Origin: Candidatus Thorarchaeota archaeon
GTDB lineage: Archaea > Asgardarchaeota > Thorarchaeia > Thorarchaeales > Thorarchaeaceae
Assembly (NCBI GenBank): GCA_963726195.1
Contig: CAVSBO010000007.1
Coordinates: 62,533-126,532, forward strand
Direction: 5' to 3'
Length of the DNA: 64,000 bases
Each line of letters starts with the position of its first letter. Positions within the stretch are counted from its first letter, which is position 1. The translations under genes and the position numbers were made by a program. This document shows, piece after piece, positions 31,565 through 42,643 of the stretch. A model generated the notes under the pieces. That model did not search any database and was not told where the DNA came from. It worked only from the letters and a program-made list of their open reading frames with translations.

Positions 31565-32221
31565 ATGATTGCCATGGAACTGAAATCACCGGATGAGATT
31601 CTCCAGATGTTGGAAGGATACGAGAAGATAGTTCTCTTTGGCGATTCAGGTTGCGCTCAGATGTGTGATGTTGGCGGCATACTTCAACTCGAAGACATGG
31701 AAGATTTCCTGCGACAGCACAACAAGCAGGTACTGGGCAAGATATTCGTTGAAGGCGGAATATGTGATGTGAATGCTGTGAAACAGGAAATGGAGAACAA
31801 CAAGGAGATTCTGGATGAGGCCGACGCTTTTCTAATACAAGCCTGCGGCGTGGCCACCCAGAACGTTACCGAACTGATGCCGGAGAAGGAATCTTTTCCA
31901 GCCACTGATTCGAAGTTCCTTGGCACGATGCCACGGCGGTTCGTTCATCAAGAGCGCTGTATCATGTGCGGAGAATGCATACTGGATTTGACCGGCGGTA
32001 TTTGTCCGCTCGCCCGGTGTGCCAAGGGCATTCTAAATGGGCCATGCGGAGGCTCGATGAACGGCAAGTGCGAGAGGGACCCAGAGACCGACTGCGCCTG
32101 GCAGCTGATCTACGACCGACTGAAGAAGCTTGGAAAGCTCGACAAGCTGAAGTCAATCTGGGAGATTAAGGACTGGAGCCTGTCCCAAGGTCCTCATTCG
32201 GTAATCCATGAGGAAGCCTAG
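31565..32221 (+). CDS. metV: MetV-like Fe-S/Zn subunit of methylene-H4folate reductase
   Basis: CIMCGEC, GGICPLARCAKGILNGPCGG...CAW. Confidence 0.85.
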   Translation: MIAMELKSPDEILQMLEGYEKIVLFGDSGCAQMCDVGGILQLEDMEDFLRQHNKQVLGKIFVEGGICDVNAVKQEMENNKEILDEADAFLIQACGVATQNVTELMPEKESFPATDSKFLGTMPRRFVHQERCIMCGECILDLTGGICPLARCAKGILNGPCGGSMNGKCERDPETDCAWQLIYDRLKKLGKLDKLKSIWEIKDWSLSQGPHSVIHEEA

Positions 32222-32338
32222 AAGAATGCTCTCCAACAGTGTCATCCTTCTTGACTGCTGAAGCACCAACTGTGCTGTTCGATTGCTCAACCAAAGGAGA
32301 TATGTGTCAGTCTTCAGACCCGGTCCTTCGACACCAGA

Positions 32339-33284
32339 TTGAAGGACAGCGTACAATCACCCGAAACCAAGCTTAGACGCATGCTTCAAAGTGGCAAGTT
32401 CACTGTCACAGGAGAAGTCGGTCCTCCGCATGGTGCTGACTACAAGCTGGTGACTGAACGGACACGTCTTGTGAAGGACTACTGTGACGCAATCAACATC
32501 ACCGACAATGTTCGCGGCATTCCTACCATGAGCAGTATGGCATGTGCTCATTTCGTGATTGAGGCCGGCGCCGAGCCGGTCATGCAAATGTCTGCCAGAG
32601 ACAGAAATCGTATTCTCTTTGAAAGCGAGCTCTATGGTGCTCATGCACTCGGGATTCGCAACATCCTGTTCGTGACAGGCGATCACACTCTTCTTGGATC
32701 GCATCCTCAAGCAAAGATGGTGTACGACTTAGACTCGATTCAGGCACTCCAACTTGCGAGTCATCTGATGTCGGGAAAGGACTTGGCTGGGGAGGAGCTC
32801 GAGGGCGTGCCGCTTTTCCACCTTGGTGCAACTTTCAATCCGAATGCCGACCCACTCGAACTCCAAGTCTGGCGTGTTGAGAAAAAACGCGATGCAGGGG
32901 CCCAGTTCTTCCAGACTCAGGCCGTCTACGATACTGGCAGGCTCGAGGAGTACATGGAGCAGATTGAGCCATTGGGCGTCAAGGTACTGGCGGGCGTTAT
33001 TCCCCTGAAGGGACCAAAGATGGCTCGCTTCATGAACGAGCGAATTCCCGGCATCAGGATTCCTGAGGAGACAATCAATCGCTCTGGAGTCTGCAGGTGC
33101 CGGCATGAAAGGTGAGGAAAAGAAAGAGGCCGTGCGTGCTGAGGGTATCGGAATTACTTTAGAGATAATCAATCATGTAAAGAAGATTCGTGGAATCAAT
33201 GGTATTCACATTATGGCAATCGGATGGGAAGAGAGCATACCCGAGCTCGTGAAAGCTTCGGGGTTATACCCCCGACCGAAGTGA
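32339..33284 (+). CDS. metF: Methylenetetrahydrofolate reductase MetF, frameshift near 33080
   Basis: TGEVGPP, NITD, RDRNR, TGDH, AGAQFFQTQ; tail ...GIHIMAIGWEE...YPRPK* in the shifted frame. Confidence 0.9.
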
Positions 33285-33295
33285 GGTTGACAAGA

Positions 33296-34213
33296 ATGTT
33301 CGTTTTCAAGAAAGAGCAGCAGGCTTTCGATTTCGGTGGAGTGACAATCGGTGGCCAGCCGGGACAAAACCCTACGGTATTGATCGGCGGCTTGTTCTTT
33401 ACGACACAGCCAATCGTGAAGAGCGCGAAGGAAGGCACGTTTGACAAGGAGATGGCCAAGCAGTGGATTGACACAGCGAAGACGATGGTCGAAAAGACCG
33501 GCCACCCCCTCATCATTCAAGCCTTTGGTCGAACTCCCGAGGCGATGGAGAAACACCTGTCATGGCTCGGGGAGAACTTCGATGGTCCGTTCATGTTCGA
33601 ATCAACAAGTGGTGATGCCCGGAAGAAGGCCATAGAGTACTGCGATGAGACCGGTTTGAGCAAGAGAGCCATATACAATTCAATCAACCTCTCGATGAAG
33701 GACGATGAGAAGCAGTTGCTTCGAGATAGTTCACTGAAGATGGCGGTAGTTCTCGGTTGGTCGCCTAAAGCCACAAGCCTGCCTGACCGCATGGAAACAA
33801 TCCGTTCAATGATTGAAGAGGCCAAGGCCATCGGAATCGAGAAGATGGTTGTCGATCCTGCCACGATGCCGGTCGGAGCCGGGTACGGACTTGAGTATCG
33901 GACCATGCTGGCGATTAAGTCGGAACTCGGGCTGCCCACCTGCTTGGGACCTCACAACGCACCCTCGGCTTGGAAATTCATAAAGCAGACCGGATTGGAC
34001 GACGAGATTACCCAGACCTCAGCGATTGTGGCATCGACCGTCGCAGCCCAGCTGTTCGCCACTGATTGCATAATGTACGGGTCTATGGCGAGGACCAAAC
34101 AGGTGTTCACGGCTACAGCGCTAATCGCAAACGCAATGGCTTCAGCAATAGCAGAGGCACAGCAGGCATTAGGACTCAGTCAGCCGATCTTCGAGCCCCC
34201 ATCTTTCGAATAG
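33296..34213 (+). CDS. mtrH: MtrH-like pterin-binding methyltransferase, copy 1
   Basis: MFVFKKEQ...IGGQPGQNPTVL, RAIYNSIN, HNAPSAW. Confidence 0.85.
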   Translation: MFVFKKEQQAFDFGGVTIGGQPGQNPTVLIGGLFFTTQPIVKSAKEGTFDKEMAKQWIDTAKTMVEKTGHPLIIQAFGRTPEAMEKHLSWLGENFDGPFMFESTSGDARKKAIEYCDETGLSKRAIYNSINLSMKDDEKQLLRDSSLKMAVVLGWSPKATSLPDRMETIRSMIEEAKAIGIEKMVVDPATMPVGAGYGLEYRTMLAIKSELGLPTCLGPHNAPSAWKFIKQTGLDDEITQTSAIVASTVAAQLFATDCIMYGSMARTKQVFTATALIANAMASAIAEAQQALGLSQPIFEPPSFE

Positions 34214-34224
34214 GAGGTCCAGTC

Positions 34225-34920
34225 ATGGCCACGAGTGCGGAGAAGCGGGAATGGCCGCCAATTCCGGGCGACTTCGAAGTGAAGGATCCCAGTTCATGTG
34301 TCGCCATATGCACTCTCGGAAGGAAGATAGAAGTAAACTCGGACTATGCGATAATCGGCACGTGCAAGACAGAGAACATTGGAATAGAACGCATGATTGT
34401 TAACATTGTGTCCAATCCCTGTATCAGGTACCTCATTCTGACAGGGCCCGAGGTTCCCGGTCACAAGACCGGCTCGTCGGTGCGATCTCTTCACCAGAAG
34501 GGAGTCGACAAGGAAACCCGGAAAATAGTCGATGCCGATGGAGCCATCCCTTATGTTGAGAACGTGCCAATTGAGGCGATTGAGCGATTTAGGAGTCAGG
34601 TAGAGCTCATAGACATGATGGACATCACGATGCCCGAGGAGATTGCTCGGGTTGCTCGTGAATTAGCATCAAAGAATCCCGGCCCATATTCGGCTGAGGC
34701 ATTGTGGGTGGAATTCAAGGCAAAACGTGGAAGCGCAGCTCCTAGAGGCTTAGGATCCGCTGTTGCCCTGCTGCCTGAGTATGGTCTCTCTGTGGACCCG
34801 TTTACCTCACTTGTCTCGAAGCTCGACCTCTACGCTCTGGTAACTAGTCACCCATCTACGATAGCGATTGTTGTACGAAGGACCGATACAGGAACAATAC
34901 TTGTCGGAAAGGAGTTGTGA
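34225..34920 (+). CDS. mtrA: Soluble MtrA-like corrinoid protein without membrane anchor
   Basis: WPPIPGDF, GTCKTENIGIE, NPCIRY, GHKTG (Co-ligand His), GAIPYVEN; GGAGG RBS. Confidence 0.9.
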   Translation: MATSAEKREWPPIPGDFEVKDPSSCVAICTLGRKIEVNSDYAIIGTCKTENIGIERMIVNIVSNPCIRYLILTGPEVPGHKTGSSVRSLHQKGVDKETRKIVDADGAIPYVENVPIEAIERFRSQVELIDMMDITMPEEIARVARELASKNPGPYSAEALWVEFKAKRGSAAPRGLGSAVALLPEYGLSVDPFTSLVSKLDLYALVTSHPSTIAIVVRRTDTGTILVGKEL

Positions 34921-34923
34921 GAT

Positions 34924-35859
34924 GTGTTCGCATTTGAGAAGGAGCAGATTGTTCATACCGTTGGTGGAGTCAAGATTGGCGGCGTGCCGGGAGAGATGCC
35001 CACTGTTCTTGCTGGCACCATCTTCTACGGCGGACATGACATAGTTCAGGATGCTCGGAAGGGGCTCTTCGACAAGAGGGCCGCCACAGAGCTGATTGAA
35101 GTACAGGATCAGATGTCGGACACGACTGGCAATCCTGCTTTTGTTCAGGTGTTCTCGGAATCTGAACAGTCGATTATCAAGTACCTCGACTTCGTTGCGG
35201 AAGTCACGGATGCACCCTTCCTCATTGATTCGACCAATGCAGAGGTGCGAATCGCAGGCTTGAGACATGCCCAAGAAGTCGGTCTCTTGGACAGAGCAAT
35301 CTACAATTCGGTAAGCGTGTCCATCACAAAGGACGAACTCGAAGCCCTGAAGGATATTCACCACGATTGTGCAGTCATTCTCGCTTTCAATCCGCATGAC
35401 TCATCGATTGCCGGCCGAAGGGCTGTGCTTGAGGATGGAGTTCCCGGGCTCGACAAGGGCCTGCTAAAGATAAGCGAAGAAGTGGGAATCACGAAGCCTC
35501 TCATTGACACGGCAACAACAGCAATGGGGGCGGGTGCTGGCTCCTCAGCGTCATTCATTTTCGTGGCGAAGACCCTTTACGGCCAACCCACCGGGTCAGG
35601 GATTCATAACGCGCCAAGTTCGTGGTCATGGCTTCGAAAGTATAAGAAGACCAATCCTGAAGCTTATCACGCATGTGATGTTGCTTCTGCCTTGATAGCG
35701 CAGATGATGGGAGCCAATTTCGTTCTTTACGGGCCGATTAGCAATGCAAAGACAGTCTTTCCTGTTGTTGCAATGGCAGACATCTTCGCCGCAGAGTCTT
35801 CAAGTGTCGAGTTCGGTGTCCAGCCTTCTGAGAATCATCCGTTCCGCAAGCTTCTATGA
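34924..35859 (+). CDS. mtrH: MtrH-like pterin-binding methyltransferase, copy 2
   Basis: FEKEQ...IGGVPGEMPTVLAGTIFY, PFLIDST, HNAPSSWSWL, HPFRKLL. Confidence 0.9.
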   Translation: MFAFEKEQIVHTVGGVKIGGVPGEMPTVLAGTIFYGGHDIVQDARKGLFDKRAATELIEVQDQMSDTTGNPAFVQVFSESEQSIIKYLDFVAEVTDAPFLIDSTNAEVRIAGLRHAQEVGLLDRAIYNSVSVSITKDELEALKDIHHDCAVILAFNPHDSSIAGRRAVLEDGVPGLDKGLLKISEEVGITKPLIDTATTAMGAGAGSSASFIFVAKTLYGQPTGSGIHNAPSSWSWLRKYKKTNPEAYHACDVASALIAQMMGANFVLYGPISNAKTVFPVVAMADIFAAESSSVEFGVQPSENHPFRKLL

Positions 35860-35874
35860 TAGGGTGTTCCAACA

Positions 35875-37322
35875 ATGTCACACCGTGCTCGGGTAATCAA
35901 GCCCCGGTCGATAGGAGTAGGGTTCTCTAAGGACCGGCCCCTTCTACACGGTGGCTTCTGTGGAGCTTGGCAACACAACAACAAAGTGCATACTCGTAAG
36001 CACCAATCTCCAACACCGCTGAGATTTTCGAGATTGCGAAACAGGTCCGTTTCACGCGGGATGTCAGACCTCCCAAGCATGGCGAGCTCGTTTTCGGCAG
36101 AACGATTACGGGAGTTGAGCTAACACGAGAATCGGTGTCCGAGCTCATTTCTGACATCCTGATTTCTGTCCTTCACGATGCGCACCTCGACATCAAGAAG
36201 GACCTTCACTTTGTAGTGCGGTCGACTGGTGTAACTGCGGGTTTCGCAAGGCCTTCCGAGGTGGGCGAGATGGTGAAGGCACTCGCCAACGGTTGCATCG
36301 CCGCTGGTGTTCCGCCCCGAAAGATGGCAGCATCGATTTCTCCTGAGAATCTGCCTGAAGATATCAGAGACTTCAGTTGGCTGAAGAAGGTCTATTTTGA
36401 CGGTGCTGTCGCCAGCTCCCTTCCTCCTTCTAGCGCAGAAGTTGTGGCGAATGAGATGGAAGGAGAGCTTGTCACAGCAGGGATCAAAGGAGCAGTCAAA
36501 GGCTCAGACATCGACTTCCGGAACCCTGTGATGGCTCTTGACTTCGGGACAACTCTGGCAGGTAGAGTCACTGACGATTCTTACCCTTATGCAAAAACCA
36601 TAGGCTCGTTCGCCGGGCTCGCAGGTGCAATTCCCGATGCCCTCGCTAGAGGAGGGTCTCCGGACTTGGGGCCAACGGGGTGCCTTCTGGATCTCCGTCT
36701 ACCTGTGTCCGGGCACCGAATCGAAGTTGACTCGAGCTTGATTGAGAAAGCTCGCAGACTGATTCGAGTGGAGCCTGTTTCTTCATCGGACACTCGTTTT
36801 GGCACGGTACCAGTCAATCCTCATGCCGCTGATGAGTCGGGTGTTCTACTCATTGGTGTCGATGTCGGTACCAACGGTTCTCGAATCGCGGATCTCGAGA
36901 TTCTCGGAAGAACAATTGTCAAGGCAGGCGGTCTCGCTACACTGACAGCCGTCGTGGATCAGATACAGACAGATACCGTACAGAGAATAGTCACGCTAGC
37001 CGAACAGAATGGGCTCGTGCTTCACGACACATCGCTAGGCCTCACGGGAAGGGCAATCACCACAGGCGCCAAACCCGACCTGATTGCAGCTGGACTCACT
37101 CTGAACGACGGGTCACTGTGGAATGACTCTCATCAGATGGTCTTTGTAGAAGATGGCTTGGCCATGGGAGCCGCGGTCGCTGCTAGGTGCATGAACTCGA
37201 TGGGTACGCGCGTCAACCCGATGGGAGGAAGAAAGGGAGACAAATGCATAATGCATGAGCGGCACAAGATGCAGAAAAGAAAACGAGTTCATCAAACCGA
37301 AGATGATGACGAGCAGGCATAG
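35875..37322 (+). CDS. Methanogenesis marker protein 14-like (ASKHA fold), frameshifted near the 5' end
   Basis: VASVELGNTTTKCIL in a shifted frame, FVVRSTGVTAGF, NEMEGEL, DFGTTLAGR, ARCMNS. Confidence 0.8.
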
Positions 37323-37417
37323 GAGACGCGACTTTGGTCGGGCTGGCAATTCAGGCGGCATCCGCTTAAGGTGCCTTTATCTTCTGTTCAGTAATCGCGG
37401 CCGCAGGGTTGGTCGCG

Positions 37418-38207
37418 ATGCTCATCATGCCAATCAAGACCCGGGTCATAATTCCGAAGGACGACTACCTCAGTGTCCTGTTTGAAGGTCTTTCGCACGC
37501 GGGATATCGTATCGAAGAAAACGACATCTTGGTGGTGGCTGAGAAACCGCTGGCAACCACAGAAGGTCGGATTGTCAAGTTATCAGACGTCAAAGTCTCT
37601 GCCAAGGCTCGTAGACTGGCACAGAAGTACGACATTGTTCCCGAAGTCGCAGAGCTGGTCGTGCGTGAGTCAGATGAGATTCTTGGCGGTGTCCCTCACG
37701 TGTTGCTCACAGTCAAGAACAACACGCTCATGGCAAGTGCGGGAGTGGACAAATCGAATGTGCCTCCTGGTCATGCATGCTTGCTTCCTGCGGATTCTCG
37801 GGCGAGTGCAGTCCGGCTAAGGGATGAGGTGAAAAAACGTCTGGGCAAGACGATAGGTGTGATGGTTATTGACAGTCGTACTCAACCCTTACGACTTGGG
37901 AATGTTGGATTGGCACTTGGTGTGGCTGGGTTCAGACCTGTACAGGACGATCGGGGAAGAGCGGACCTGTTTGGCAACATACTGAGAATTAAGCGAAGAG
38001 GTATTGCTGACAATCTGGCTTCGGCATGCGAGCTGAATAATCGGTGAGGCGGATGAAGCAGTTCCTGCAGCTCTAGTGCGTGATGCCCCAGTCGAGTTTG
38101 TAGATGACTCCTTCGATTCATCTGAGATGTGGATTAGTCCTCGTGAATGCATGTACATGGCCATCTTCGAGCAGTGGCGTAGAGGAAGGAAGAAACCTGC
38201 GACCTGA
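37418..38207 (+). CDS. cofE: Coenzyme F420-0:L-glutamate ligase CofE-like, frameshift near 38035
   Basis: AGVDKSN, DSRTQPLRLG, DDRGRADLFG; GEADEAVPAALVR in the shifted frame. Confidence 0.85.
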
Positions 38208-38367
38208 GTCTCCGTCATGATTCTGGGCCGTAACACAGAATCAATTGATGATGGCAATCCCTGAGAGACACGGGGCGGGCGTGCTCACTTCATACACGAA
38301 AGTATCAAAAGCGCGGAGCTGGTCTGGTCTTCCTATAGGGCAGACCTTCGACGGGAGATTGAAGTCC

Positions 38368-39736
38368 ATGGCCGGAAACAAGGTGCTTCTTGATGTTGCA
38401 ACGGCAGGAGCATCAGGAGACATGTTTCTCTCGGCCCTCATGGACTTGCTAGGCAAAGACGATTCGCTTCTCCCTGTCGCTGCCAGCCTGCTAATATTCG
38501 ACCCAACTCTTCGCATCCGAGTCACGAATCGAATCCTCCAGAGGGCGCAACGGAAAGCGGCTTGATGTAACCCTTGACGAGAGAGTCCGGTTCACGCCCA
38601 AGTCGCTGATGGAGATTCTTGAGACGGTCTCTGAGGAACTTGAGTTATCCGAGACCGCGAAAGGTTTTGCAAAGAAGGCGTTGACCGAGGTACTGGAGGC
38701 CGAATCTAGGGCACATGACACACCCGTAGACAAGCTCCACCTGCAGGAGCTTGGTACGGTCGACACGATTCTGGATATCGTTGGCACGGCGTACTTGTTA
38801 GAGAAAGCCGAGTTGCTCGGCAAGAGCAAGTTTGTTGCAACGAAGGTAGCCGTCGGCAGCGGGACGATTGAGACGGATCACGGGAAGGTTGAGGTTCCCG
38901 TTCCCGCGGTTGCTGAGATTCTGGTTGCACATGATGTGCCATTTCATAATGGCTCCGCCAAGACTGAAGTTCTCACTCCGACCGGAGCCGCTCTTCTAGT
39001 GACGCTCGCCGATGAGTTTGTGGATTCCTCTGAGGGGTTCGTTGCGAAGAAGATAGGAGTTGGGTTCGGAACACGTGATCTTGGCGACGTTCCGAATGCT
39101 ATGAGAATCATCGTCGGGGAGGAAGTCCCCAAGGCCGAAAAGCCAACCGAAAAGCCCACCAGGAAAATGGTGGAAAAGATACCTGAGAAAGGTATCAAGA
39201 AACCTGTGGAGAGGATTGCTACGACACCCGTCAAAGTTGCCGAGGAGAAGACAGAGAGTTTAGATGCGTGGATGGATGAGGACGTTCTTGTCATAGAGGC
39301 AACAGTAGAAGATATCGATGGAGACATTGCAGGCACGCTCTTTGATGTCCTTGTCTCAGAAGGTCACGCGTACGATGTGATGATGATCCCGGCTTTCTGC
39401 AGGAAGAACAGGCCTTGCTACCTCGTAAAGGTGATTGCTGCGAAGGACGAGCTCAAGAATGTCGCTGAGGTTCTGATCCATCATCTTGGAGCGCCGGGCG
39501 TACGCTACACGACATGGCAGAGGCTAACGGCGGCGAAGGAAACAGTCGTATGCCGACTTGAGTTGGATGGGAAGGAGTTCACGGTGCATGTCAAGGTCTC
39601 GAGAGGCTTGGATGGCAGTATAATAAACATAAGACCGGAGTCCGATGATGTCATCAAAGTATCCCGGGCTACTGGCATTTCTATCAGGGAACTCAAGCCC
39701 CGCATCACACTTCAGGCATGCGAGGTAAGCGAGTGA
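38368..39736 (+). CDS. larC: LarC-like nickel-insertion protein, frameshift near 38540
   Basis: AGASGDMFLSAL, DHGKVEVPVPA, TPTGAA, GFGTRDL...PN, PESDD. Confidence 0.8.
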
Positions 39737-39778
39737 GCAAGGCTGTCCCGGTGTTTCGATTCTTAGTGGGACGCTGCA

Positions 39779-42053
39779 TTATCGGGCGGAAACTGAGATC
39801 GGCGTCACTGTTTTGTCTCGATTTTCGGATTTGAGATACTGGACAGGAATTAAACTCTCAAAGGCCCTCATGCAAAGGTTCGCATAGGCCTCAGGATCAT
39901 ATCTTGTTGAGTTATCAAACAGCTCTAGGGCACTGACCCTCCGCATTGGACTCTCTGCATCCGGTTGGACAAGAAGATACCGGACCTTCTGCCCCGCGTG
40001 CAATTCTCTACCTGCCTTGAGGAGCTGCTGTGCCACCAAAGCTGTTCTTGAGACAGCACGATAATTCTGTGGATCGGACGTAAGTCGTGACTGCAGCACA
40101 AGGTCTCTGAGATCCACATCTCCCTGCCGCAGCCTGTCGATGTAACTCTGACACACTGCATAGGCTTCTGGTATCATTTCAATGAAACCTGCCTTGTCGC
40201 GGCCGCGAGCGAAGGTCTTGATCATAGCCTCTTGGCAATCTCCCACGAATAGACAGGTGTCGCGTCTTCTCACTTCAATGCCACGTGTCTTGATTGCTCC
40301 GTTCCTGTATACTCCGTAGTAACGATTCAGTGGGGCGATGCTCGGGTGCAGTCGCGATGAGGGAATTACCATCCATCTGTATATTCCCTTCGCGGACATG
40401 TCGATGTTGACTGCATCAGTGACACGCTTGCAGAACTCGACGACATCCGAGTAGATGATGCCTCCTCTGCACCTGAGCCATACGGAGTCCACAATTCCGT
40501 GGATTAACTCAAGTCCCATCGACTCTCCTATCTCCTGCGTCTTCAACAGTACATCGCGCGCAAGTGCGGTCACTGCCGTGTGCGCCTCGACTCTGCCAAA
40601 CTTCGCATTCTTGAACCCGAGATAACCGAAGCAAGAGACCAGTACGCCCTTCAGTGTGTTCTCCATGAGCCCATACTTCTCTGCCTCGTGTCCCTTTTGC
40701 ACGAGCTTCTTGAACTCTCTACGTTTCTTGACCACCAGTTCAAGTGATTGCGCTACAATTCCCCTTCTCCGGGTGCACAGACGAAAGTTGAGCCCCGGAA
40801 CCTCGATACAGTGCTCGTGGTTGTAGGGGCATTGCTCCCGCATGCAGATTGTCTCGGGACTGATGTTTCGTGTGACCATCAGGGTCGGATACATAGAGGA
40901 AAAGTCGCATTCTGCAATGTTCTCGTAAATGTCTGGTTCCGGTTGAAGGATGAGAACCTCCCCTGTCGATAGCTGAGAGGTCCGTTACTGACTTGAGGAA
41001 TTCGGGATTTCGTTTGATTGGTGGTATCAGGATGCCCATCTTGTGCGCGTTGTAGAACTGAATGGCGGCATTGATACTGCCTATTGACATCCGGGCCGTT
41101 TTCTGAGGCTGAACAAGTGCGAGCCTGCATCCCTCGATTATCCCTGCCATGCCTGAGGGTGAATAATAGAGACTCTCCGACCTGTCGATGTGTATCCTGC
41201 CATTGAACATGACTTGGTTCCCGGCCCTGAAAACCACCTGATTGTACTGCCAGAATGAGCTGGGCTCTCTATAGATTACCCTGAGAGGTGTACCGTCGCG
41301 AGAAAGCACGAGTTCTACTCCATTCATTTTGCAGCGTGTGGTCAAGTATCTGAAAACATCATCGTCGCCGCCTTTCGTGACTATGACATCCGGGTCAATC
41401 CTGTCTATCTCTCTCTGAAGCTGCAGGATGGTCTCCCGCTCATCCTGCTCCCTGATGTTGAGTATCTCACCTCTGTTGGTGAGTTCAATATGATGTATCG
41501 GATCCTCCGGCTTGGGAAAAACGCACTTGGTGTCGATGAAGATGTCCAGACTGACTTCCTCAAGAGGTGGGGTCTCGTATTCAGTGTCTTCGCGTCGTTC
41601 AAGGCACCTGATTTCGGTGACAGAGTCTCCCTTGGCCTCGAATTCAACGCGTCCGAACGGAAAGATATCATTCGAGATGAAGAACTGCTGCACAGGGTCG
41701 ATGTCTGAATGGAACACAACCGCACCCGGCAATCCTTCGAGTTCTCTTGCAACCTCTTCCTGAGCACACAGTCCAACAAATACCTGCAGTACTCGCCTCG
41801 GCTGCTCATCGTAGACGCTGACAAACCTATTGACGATTGTGGCTTTGATTACGTTTGGATGCTCTTGTACCGACTGAATCAGAGACTCCTCAGACCAGTC
41901 AGGGTCATCAAGCAAACTGGTATCGACGAAGAGAGAAGGAAAGAAGTCTCGATATCTGTAGCCATGCGTCTTGCCCTCTACTTTGATCCAGAGGATAAGC
42001 GATTCGTCTTCGCGGTCAACACTGGCGTCGAGTAACCAGCCGTGCAATCTCAT
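39779..42053 (-). CDS. Family B DNA polymerase, archaeal PolB2 group, frameshift near 40950
   Basis: GWLLD N-terminus, DFSSMYP...NISPET, K...FGYLGF, altered motif C HGIVDS, RGIEVRRRD. Confidence 0.85.
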
Positions 42054-42328
42054 GCATGCTCTGTCTCCTTTGCCTGTTCTTCCAAGCGAGAGACCTTCTT
42101 TCTCAAATCATCCAGCTCGCCCAGTGCTTCAATCAGCGATGAAAGGAGAATGACCTCAGTGATTCGAGGAGTGGTCATCATCGTACCCGCGTCGGCGCAC
42201 ATTCTCGCTGAGTCGAAAACCCGGTCCATCAAGTCTCTCTGGGCAGGTCTGAGTGTCCGCCTGAAATCCTTCCAGCGTGATTCCTCTACGCTCACAGCAT
42301 CACGGAATGTTCTTGCGGTTCGCCCCAT
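42050..42328 (-). CDS. Small PolB2-associated protein (arCOG07300-like)
   Basis: MGRT...RWKDFRRTLR pattern; 4-bp overlap with the PolB2 start. Confidence 0.75.
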   Translation of the reverse strand: MGRTARTFRDAVSVEESRWKDFRRTLRPAQRDLMDRVFDSARMCADAGTMMTTPRITEVILLSSLIEALGELDDLRKKVSRLEEQAKETEHA

Positions 42329-42643
42329 TGTATTCGCCTCGAGCATGCAATTGACTGAGATGCGGTCTTCGGACTGGCGGTCTCTACTATCACTCATTCG
42401 TCCTGACCTTTGTTGAATGTCTGTGTCGGTTCAAGGGAACAGCGGCGAGGCGGACGGATTGCCGAAAGTAACGCGCTCAAGAATGGCGAAATCTAACTGG
42501 TCTACAACGAGACACCAGCAGCGTCGGGCAGTTTCCTGAGTTGTCACAAGGAACTTTAATAACTCGAAGTAACCTCGTTCCCAGAGTGTGTCTGCAGTCC
42601 GCCAGCTGAAATCACAGGCGGCAGACACGGCGAGTTGGTCAGC

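Noticed and set aside
33296-37322. Evidence of methanogenesis
   Set aside because: No mcr or membrane mtrCDE genes in the window, and MtrA lacks a membrane anchor.
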